Shown here piece by piece: positions 51,156 through 60,918 of a stretch of 64,000 nt of DNA. The DNA lies in assembly GCA_965644295.1 (NCBI GenBank), contig CBFFRP010000069.1, forward strand, positions 124,001 to 188,000. Reading direction: 5' to 3'. Both the position numbers and the translations under genes were made by a program. This DNA is from Paraphysomonas bandaiensis. Taxonomy: Eukaryota > Protista > Chrysophyceae. Numbering within the stretch: position 1 is the first letter of the stretch; each line of letters opens with the position of its first letter. Under the pieces are notes generated by a model. The model ran no database searches. It was not told the origin of the DNA and saw only the letters and a list, made by a program, of their open reading frames with translations.

Positions 51156-52348
51156 TTATATGGGACATGGCAACTCCAATTCCTTGAATAAGGCTGTGAA
51201 TAGCATGTCACTAGTTGCCCAAACTCGCAGATCTGCTTTGTGATCCAAATCTGTCTCTTGCAAATTACAAATAACAAGTTTCTTTGCATGTGTCGGTAAA
51301 ACATTGGCCGGCGAGACGGTTAATGAAGACCCTATGCAAAAGCACATATCTGCGCGCTCGCACTCCGATTCAGCCTTTGGGAGACCGCCTAAAACTCGCT
51401 CGTGCAGGTCATCGCCAAAATTGACGATAGTGTCTTTTAGCTTTCCCTTACATTTCTTAACTTTACATCGTCTACTGGTGTAGTGGTTAAATTTGCAATC
51501 TGGACACTTTACAAACCACGCCTCCGAGTAGCTATGTAAAGTCATTTCTACAATGAGTATACTGTTGGGTGAACTCACCAGTCGGTTGACCAGGCGTCCA
51601 CGGCATAGTCTCTATAATACTCTTTCTCACACACTTCACAGTATTCACAGAACACATTCCCGTGAAGCTCTGATAAACAATTCCTAGGAAATCCTCCTTT
51701 CGCGTGTAAATCATCGCAGTTCTGTGTAATGCAGAAATGCATCATTCCTTCCCGATGAAGAGCAGCAAGTGCTCGATGGGATAGAGTTGGTTGCAAATCT
51801 TCATACGACATCTCCTCCTCTTCCTCTTTGTTCCCGGAGTTGTCTGAGAGACGGGCTTTTTTGAATGGCCCTTCTTCGCTTTCATCTATGGGGCGCTTAG
51901 TAGCACCTCCGTACTCAGCAATGGTGTCGATTCCCTCCGCTCCCCGATAGGTCGGTATTCCAGCTGATGCACTTATACCCGCTCCAGTAAAACAAACTGT
52001 ATGAGAAGAGTTCCGCAATATCTCCGCTAATTTCTTAGCTTGTTGTTCGATTTGTAGTACACCATCGAATCTCTCTACAGTGTCTTCCACTTCTCGCATC
52101 AGGTTGAACTCAACAGTGCCAACTCTTTTCCTAGATGGTAACTTTTGTTTAACATCATTCCAGCACTGAAAATGGAATGAATTTGCAGTATTGTAACAAT
52201 CCCATTTTATTAATAAGGAGCTCTTCGTTTTCTCACTTAGTCTGATTAGTTTTTTTGTAGGCACAGTTACAATACATGCTGTGTCTGTGGGAGATATCCG
52301 TTCATTACATATATTACACACTTGATTATCACAGGGTCGAGTTAACAT
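51156..52348 (-). CDS. Class IV sirtuin (SIRT6/7-like) with an N-terminal Cys/His finger, 2 exons
   Basis: FTGAGISASAGIPTYRG, TQNCDDLH, ELHGN, LKDTIVNFGD, IGSSLTVSPA, ICNLQET; intron about 51577-51533. Confidence 0.88.
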
Positions 52349-52924
52349 ATTTGGAAGAAATGTATAAATCACACTTTGATTGTTAATATTATGATGAACT
52401 TTGCAATACTATGCAACTCTCCATCATTACACTCTATATTAATTCAAGTGCACATTGCTATGCAACCGTATGTGTGTCCGGGAACTGTCTGGAAAATTCT
52501 ACTAACTAAAAGTGTATAGGAATGATAGTTGCTGTGTATGTATAATAACTACTTATATATATAGAGAGAAGTAGTATACATACACTTGAGTATACCGAGA
52601 GAATACGTAGACATTTTCATTCAAAATGGTTGATTTTAATAGTCAAAATTCATCATTTTAGAGATTATTAGGAGAGAAAATGTGGGATATTGTATGATGG
52701 TACAGCTGTATACAGTGTATATACAGCAGTATATAGCATATTTAACTGCTATATGTCTGTTACGTATATACACAGCAGTGTATCGTTGCAGTTAAATATA
52801 TACATAGTTACATAGTAACATAGAAACTAATAATATATCACTTTATATTCCAATCTTGAGAAGATTACTATAACAGATCTCAATTTTTATCTCATAGTTT
52901 CTTTCTTGGGTTGTATCAATCACA

Positions 52925-55227
52925 ATGGGTGCCGGTACATCTGGAATTCATATGGCAAGCGTATTCGAGACCATGTCATCATGTCTGTTGCTTCATAACT
53001 AGTATTCAATATATAATATATACTATATAGGGTCTTGGGATCATGCACTGACTGTTCATAAAGCATACTGTGAAAATGACTATGAGTTTTCTATTGACAG
53101 TAATACAGTGTCCTCATGGACAGGCTTGGGCAGTGATGACTCACTCGCACTTGTTAATGCATTGAAGAAACATGACAATAAAATGTAACTACAAAATAAT
53201 TTAATATACGAAATAACGTTAATGCTTTATAGCGTTAATTCTGTAAATTTGATCATCACAACGTTTTCACTGTGTGACTCACCGAATCCAAGATTGGAGT
53301 CAAGGCTGACATATATTTTCCAGGCACTGGATTTTTCTCGTACATCTGTAATATCAACGGAAGAATTCGTATGTTTTTAAATTTATTAAGGTGTCAAGTT
53401 GACATTTTGACAGGAAATTCTTTTACATTGTGTGGCATATTCACTTGCCACGGTCTTGAAACGAAAAGTTTCTTGTCCGAATGATGCGGCAATAGCCAAA
53501 ATAGTGGCAGGAACATACGAAGATTTAGATAAACGGTTTTCCAAACAAATAACACAAACTGAGTTTGTTGCTTGGGGTGTGGAACTTATTCATGGTTTGC
53601 CAGAAGTCAGCGTGGACTGCATTTACGACTCCATATTTCTAAAGAACGCTCGCATTCCGGAAGACTCTAAGCTGAAGGATATACTTTTGGCGCAAAAAGA
53701 AGTTACTGAAAAGAAGAAACCAAGTACGGAAAATGAGCCTCCTGAACCAACATCTGCTGATGAAGATGCTGTTGCAACACCTGTTGCAACACCTACAGAT
53801 GAACCCCAAGGAGTCTTGGAAATTTTATCGCTAAAAATGACCGGGCTTCGTCTGAGCGGTATATGGATGGAATTGTTAAACAGCTAACTGTAACTGCTCT
53901 GCTATAATCAGAACTTGAAGCGTCTCAAAACCCCTTTGTGGAGTTCAAGATAGGCGACGGAAAATCTTGGCAGTTCTCCACTGAGGCTAAGAGTGGTGGC
54001 TTGGCATTAGCGTCATGGAGCGCATTGGACTTTGCTGGCTCAGTTCCACAGGCCGATCTGCATAATAGCCCACTCATCGTCCAGGCCAAAGTTGAGGGGG
54101 GTGATAGTAATTCGTTAATTGGGACAGCATCTATTGAGTGTTCATTTCTTTTGGGAAAGAGGAATCAAATTGTGGCGCTCCATGGGGTTCTTGTCGATGA
54201 CAATGGAAACGAAGGGTGCGGAGAGTGTGACATGAAGGTGCGGTATCGGGAGGAATCGTTTAATGATGATGGATACTTGGATATACTTGGCGTGGATTTA
54301 ATAGACATTGAAGGCACAGGTATGTTTTCAAGTAGCACTTTTTCAACTTCATGGTGATTGTGTCGTAGATGATGGCCCCCTGAACTTGTACGCTGAACTT
54401 CTCGTCGGAGACGGATCACAGTGGAAGCATACCACTGGCCTTTTGGAAAACGTTACGACTAAAGCATCATGGCCTTCTCATACCACAGGGCCAGTTAAGC
54501 AGAAACAGGTCCTTCAAGGAAGTATTTTATTGCGATTGAAACGGCGGTATGAAGCTGGTGATAGCTTGGTCGGTGTGACTGTTGTTAGCGATGGAATTGA
54601 GATATTTTCTAACGAAAATGATTGGACCAAATTGCGTGGTAGTTTGGTAAATTCGGAAGGGAGTTTCACTGGACAATATGAAATTACTGCAAAGTTTCGT
54701 TTTCCGTCTAATCCTCCGTCATTTCCAGATAGCCTTCATGAAACGGAGACAGCAGAAGGTACTGGGGATGCAGATGAAGAAATATCTTTAGAAGTATCCC
54801 GAGCAGAATTGACAGGACTGAAAGATACAGGTAACGATAAAGCATTCATTTGTTTATGTAATTCATGCCATACACAGGATCTATATTCAGCAAGCAGAGT
54901 CCGTATCTTGAGCTGAAGGTTGGCGATGGTAGTACTTGGCAACAGAAGACCTCCGTAAAACAAGGCGCTGGTGTAAATGCAACTTGGGATGATTTAAATA
55001 TTTCGGCTCCCGTACAACACAAGATGATAAAAGCTCGCTCACTTATTGTTAGGGCAGAAAGTAAAAGTGGTGATAAGCTGATTGGTGAAGCCACAATTAA
55101 CGCTGATGAGGTACTCTCTGGATCTAACGATTGGGTAAATGTAGAAGGGACCTTGGTCGACAAAGATAACAAACCTGCTGGAAAATATGTTTTGAAAATG
55201 AGATATAACAAATCTCCTACGATGTAG
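52925..55227 (+). CDS. N-myristoylated EF-hand + tandem C2-domain protein, about 7 exons
   Basis: MGAGTS start; EF-hand-like IFQALDFSRTSVISTEEF and DLDKRFSKQITQTEF; three C2-like repeats (PFVEFKIGDG..W, LYAELLVGDG..W, PYLELKVGDG..W). Confidence 0.7.
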
Positions 55228-55766
55228 TGTGCAGTGTGTTGGAAAAAATAGCTACAATATTTGTCAACCATTTAAATAAATACTTTCATCTCTACTATTG
55301 CAATTTGACTTTTAGCATCCGTAGTTATGGATTGAGTAAGTAGTAAGTAGTTTCGATATGCAGTGCTCATACGCTTACCACTTACCACTATTCATTCTAG
55401 CAATGATATCGTATTCTTAAGTATTTCACATAAAAGATTGATTTAGTGACTTTAAATACAAGCACATAACACCTTTGCTGTCCATCTGTCCATAGGACTT
55501 CAAATTATTACAAGTTCAAACTGAGATCAGCTCAAATAAGTTAATTCAAATATACATACACACCATGTGACACCATCTATTAACTACAGTAGCATGTATA
55601 TAGTGTTTAAGAACGGTAGAAAATTACGTTTCATGAAAAGTAATAGTTAGCTTGACTTCAACCAAATTAAAAACATAGGCATATTACTTTCATATTGTAG
55701 CTACATAAACATAACACTATTTTTTATACTCACCCTGCATGTCAATAAGACATATATCTAGGACCA

Positions 55767-56736
55767 CTACAAAATAACACAGCTTCCAGGGCAGCTTTTA
55801 GAATCACGTTTATTCTTTTTCTCGTCAGAATTGCTCACGTCTAATTCGTGAGAAACTTTCACACTATTAGTGGCTTGACCGCTATGTGTACAGAGATATA
55901 TTAATGTGACGCGGTGATCAGCGATAAATTACTTACGATGAAGAGTCTCGGAACACTACGGCATTGACCTGGTGAGTACCGTTTACAATCAGGCCTGTGG
56001 GAGCCTCCAGCTCCGGTCGAACTGAAATGGCTTCTCCGGTCCATAAATTTAAGTACTTAGATTTCTCCGGCAAGTAGAGCCAGCCTTTCGGCAGGCCCTG
56101 ACTAGTAACATAATCCTTGATATGTGGTAGCAGTTGAGCTACAGATACAATTACGCGTCTGAATGCTAATTCCACATGCTCCCCAGTTCGAGCGGATGTC
56201 TCCACGAAATCTAAACCTGTGCACTCTGCAAACTCAGCTGCCTCGGCGATAGAAATGACTCGACGGCTGGAATCCGTGTCACACTTGTTACCAACTATGA
56301 TCACAAACATATCCTCATGACCAAACTCACGGAGCTGTACCAGCCACTTATTCTTCATATTCTCGAATGACAGTCTGTTTCCAATGTCATATACTAATAC
56401 AGCGCCCACAGCATTTCGAAAATAAGCCTTCGTCATGCTTTCAAACCTTTCTTGACCAGCTGTAACATACCATTATAAAAATACATAGAAACAGTAACAA
56501 TTATCACCTGTGTCCCATACTTGAGCTTTCACTATATATTCATTCAATGAGATCGTTCGTGTTGCAAATTCGATTCCAACAGTTGATTGTGAATCACTTG
56601 TAAACTTTCGCTTACAAAATCTATATATAATATATCATAATCTATGCATTGGATTGTAGGGATATCACCTTAATGATAGTTGACTTTTACCGACATTAGA
56701 ATCGCCCACCATAACTATTTTTAGTGCTGTTTCCAT
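55767..56736 (-). CDS. Divergent Rab11-like GTPase with a WW-like module and CaaX terminus, 4 exons
   Basis: GDSNVGKS, STVGIEFATR, KAQVWDTAGQERF, AVGAVLVYDI, GNKCD, ETSAR; the spliced last exon ends KSCPGSCVIL*. Confidence 0.85.
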
Positions 56737-58146
56737 TATAATACTAGTTTATAATAGATAGATATATAAGTATGTTATTATTGTGAATAAATGAAAAGAG
56801 ATTGAAGGTTATGCACTACCAGTGAGATCAGATTGATAAATTGTGTTTTAATCAACTTGTTAGTGAGGTTATATTACAATAATATGCAATTGACTATATG
56901 CACCATCCAACGCCTATAATTTATGCAATCCTCATAGCAATACAGCAGTAGTATGTATCTATATATAGCTATAGTACATGAGTAGATGCGTATATGTATA
57001 TGTATATGGTGTAGCTCAAGGTATAGACAGAGACCAGTGGGGATAAAATATTGGATGATGGTGTGTGTACTGCTGTACGTAGGAAGGGCATTTTTGTTCC
57101 AGACTTTTCTCAACTCTAGAAGACAAAACAATACAAAACTGGGACTTTCCAATATTGCAATAACATAAAAACCAATATATTTACCAAAATGGGAGAAATT
57201 GTGCAGCTGAGTACAGTATTTTCGACCTATGAATATCGGGATATTGTACTATGATGAAATCCGTAAAAAAGGACATAACTTGATACTGTTTATATTCCAG
57301 CAGTCCTAGCCAGTTGCAAGTAGAATATCATAGTGCAGAATAGATACAGCATCCCCCTGCTCCTAGTGATAATGCACAGAAAGATGCTTCAATATATTTG
57401 AATAAAGAGTAGAGTAGCACCACTGGGTTGCAACGTTGCAACAGATAACAATACCACATGATGGACCCCTAAGGAGCTGTCACATTTTATTATGTGCTGG
57501 AGACATCAACGCTGAAGAAAAATAGCGCTCAGTAGTTGTATGATGTGTGACTATAACAGTACAAGGTATTGGATGGTCGTCTTGAATAATTTTTGTTTTC
57601 AAATACTGTTATACTTTTACTGTTGTACCTTAACTGTTTGTCGCTACACTCACTCACTCAAAATCCAGTACAAGACTCTTGTATAATCTTAAATACTAAA
57701 TGGTACCAATTTGCTTTGTGCCTTGATATATTCTCACGTAAATTTAAGCTATTCAATAATATTTAAATATTCCAGGAATGCGTTTATTTTATTATTTCAA
57801 GTCGTACGCGAAGTGGTGAAAAGTTAAGGTACAACTATCAGGTGCTATACTACTCTCTTCTAGGACATCATATAACCAAAAACCGCGATATTGTTAGATC
57901 TTTGGTGTATTTGATGTAAGCAGGAAATTATATTGCGCATGTACGCATATGCTCGTCAAAATTACAGCTATTAAAGCTATCCAACAACAAAGAGCAAAAC
58001 GTAAACTCTATATATTTCTTTCATCAAAATCCAATACAACCCATATTTCACAAAAAAATGTATTGGAAACTTATTCACACCTCACAGGAAATACATCACC
58101 GCAATATGGACTATTTCTAACGCTAACATTGCATAACAGTATATTA

Positions 58147-59642
58147 TTACGACATCTGACAAACGTCAGCACCACCCCCTGACCCATCCTTGCTTGATAT
58201 CATTCTATAATGAATGTCAATTACTACGATAGTATGATAACATCATATTTACCGTGCTAGCAATCTCTCGCCAATGGCTACAGCAGTCTTCTCTGGGTCT
58301 AGAGTGTACACGATACATTGCACACCCTACATATAGTCACGACAAACACAACAAATCAGCAACAGTACTCACGTTAGACGCCTCGGTGACGTCAAACATT
58401 CCCCCATTAGCCAGGACGGGTCTGCTAATCAGCGCTGGTATCCTGATCGTATACACGTCAGCATCAGGGTATATATACGTTGTACACAGTTTTGTACATG
58501 TCTGGCGTGGTGGGATACGTAATTCTAAAAGTGTTAGCCTGGCCCGGCACGCTATCGATATGAAAGTGCGCCGCTGGATCCTAAAGTATTAAGACATAAA
58601 TGAGACAAAAAGTAGAAGAGAATTTGTTATTTACTTCTGTGGTATCATCAGACTTTAGATTGCCCATTGATTGGTCAACTGGGGAAAACATAATGGGATT
58701 GGAAGGTAGAGATGTGTCCTTATCAAGACTAAGATTGATCAAATCCTCCATCCAATCTAGTAGAGCATGTAGCTATAGTGCATCAGACATGATTAGCAAA
58801 ACGTTCTTCAAATCCATACCTGTTCTTCGGCGACTTCGTGATCAATGCCTTTAAACTCCTGGAACTGCACCTGAATATCAAGTAGGCCTAGAGATGTAGC
58901 GGTTGCTCTGCCCCAATCAGCTGGAACTTCCTCGTCATCTTGTCCTGTGTAATATTAGTATCGGAACATGTCCTCATATAGTTCGTACCATGCATCATCA
59001 ATACCGGGACATTTGCAATGTCCGCAGTGGTGGCCTCAGGTGAGCGATTTAGTAGCACAGAACAGCTGGGTAAGTAGCACCCGATAGTAAACACACCAAT
59101 AACTTTAGGGTGAATAGACTTGCGGAGAAGGTGTAGGCTCATACCACCACCAATAGAGATGCCTCCAATAAAAATAAAATCATATCTCTCTTGCACACTG
59201 TCAATAAGCTGTGATATCTAAACGAAAGTTAGAAAAATATATAAAACATAAACTTCATACCTGTGCAAGAGATCTATCTATGCCTTGAACATCCTCATAA
59301 TCATCGTCAAGGCCCAGTGACTTCCATTGTGCAGAACAATTATACCAAGCACTGACATTAACACCACCAGATGGGGAAAACGGGATTTCCGGAGCTGAAG
59401 GAGTTATGATATCAATACCCAGAGTAGAGAGAGCTTCACTAAATGGCATATCTCCAAAACTATGATGTGATATAGATCAGGATGAGGAGATAGATATTAT
59501 GCTGCTATGTTATGTATATATATGTGTATAGGTGTATGTACCTTTCCAGTGGGGCATATTGAAAGAAGGACTTTAAATCGAGACCAGAATCATCCGATCC
59601 ATGTAAGACTATAGCTAATACTCTCTTCTTGGCGGGTTTCAT
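58147..59642 (-). CDS. Acyl-protein thioesterase / LYPLAL1-like alpha/beta hydrolase with a C-terminal extension ending in CaaX, about 9 exons
   Basis: VLHGSDDSG, AWY, GGISIGGGM (nucleophile Ser), MMHGQDDEEV (Asp), GIDHEV (His); four further small GT-AG exons in frame to GGGADVCQMS*. Confidence 0.75.
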
Positions 59643-59697
59643 GTTAGAGTTGTTGATATTGTCTAGTTGTTCTATGATACCCACAGATAAATCTAGC

Positions 59698-59698
<1 letters not shown>

Positions 59699-59728
<30 letters not shown>

Positions 59729-60852
59729 TGTATGTATGTATGTATGTATGTATGTATGTATGTATGTATGTATGTATGTATGTATGTATGTATGTATGTA
59801 TGTATGTATGTATGTATGTATGTATGTATGTATGTATGTATGTATGTATGTATGTATGTATGTATGTATGTATGTATGTATGTATGTATGTATGTATGTG
59901 TGTAGGATGCTTATGTATGTATGTATGTATGTATGTATGTATGTATGTATGTATGTATGTATGTATGTATGTACGTATGTATGTATGTATGTATGTACGT
60001 ATGTATGTATGTATGTATGTATGTATGTATGTATGTATGTATGTATGTATGTATGTATGTATGTATGTATGTATGTATGTATGTATGTATGTATGTATGT
60101 ATGTATGTATGTATGTATGTATGTATGTATGTATGTATGTATGTATGTATGTATGTGTGTAGGATGCTTATGTATGTATGTATGTATGTATGTATGTATG
60201 TATGTATGTATGTATGTATGTATGTATGTATGTATGTATGTATGTATGTATGTATGTATGGATGTATGTATGTATGTATGTATGTATGTATGTATGTATG
60301 TATGTATGTATGTATGTATGTATGTATGTATGTATGTATGTATGTATGTATGTATGTATGTATGTATGTATGTATGTATGTATGTATGTATGTATGTATG
60401 TATGTGTGTAGGATGCTTATGTATGTATGTATGTATGTATGTATGTATGTATGTATGTATGTATGTATGTATGTATGTACGTATGTATGTATGTATGTAT
60501 GTATGTATGTATGTATGTATGTATGTATGTATGTATGTATGTATGTATGTATGTATGTATGTATGTATGTATGTGTGTAGGATGCTTATGTATGTATGTA
60601 TGTATGTATGTATGTATGTATGTATGTATGTATGTATGTATGTATGTATGTATGTATGTATGTATGTATGTATGTATTTATTTATTTATGTATGTATGTA
60701 TGTATGTATGTATGTATGTATGTATGTATGTATGTATGTATGTATGTATGTATGTATGTATGTATGTATGTATGTATGTATGTAGGATGCTTATGTATGT
60801 ATGTATGTATGTATGTATGTATGTATGTATGTATGTAGGATGCTTATGTATA
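59699..60852. repeat. About 1.15-kb (TATG)n microsatellite with six AGGATGCT interruptions
   Basis: Directly visible; interruptions near 59903, 60161, 60410, 60578, 60783 and 60836. Confidence 0.97.
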
Positions 60853-60918
60853 TGATACACAGCTTCTTTAATATAAATCCATATATACCAAACACTCGAA
60901 CCAAACTCTCTCTCCGTC

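Noticed and set aside
44324-52348. STAND NTPase plus sirtuin as a prokaryote-style antiviral system (Avs/DSR/Thoeris)
   Set aside because: Intron-containing genes separated by two housekeeping-type genes; the sirtuin is a SIRT6/7-like class IV enzyme, not a defence SIR2
57245-57285. Hammerhead-ribozyme-like TGATGA-TCC..GGAC stretch (also CTGAAG..GGCGAA near 39187-39228)
   Set aside because: The conserved CUGANGA and GAAA cores are not both intact and the flanking stems are not evident
59699-60852. Telomere or telomere-like tract
   Set aside because: Internal position between two intact genes, and the unit lacks the G-runs of telomeric repeats
59629-60855. Long MYVC-repeat ORFs
   Set aside because: Stop-free translation of the (TATG)n microsatellite; no coding evidence
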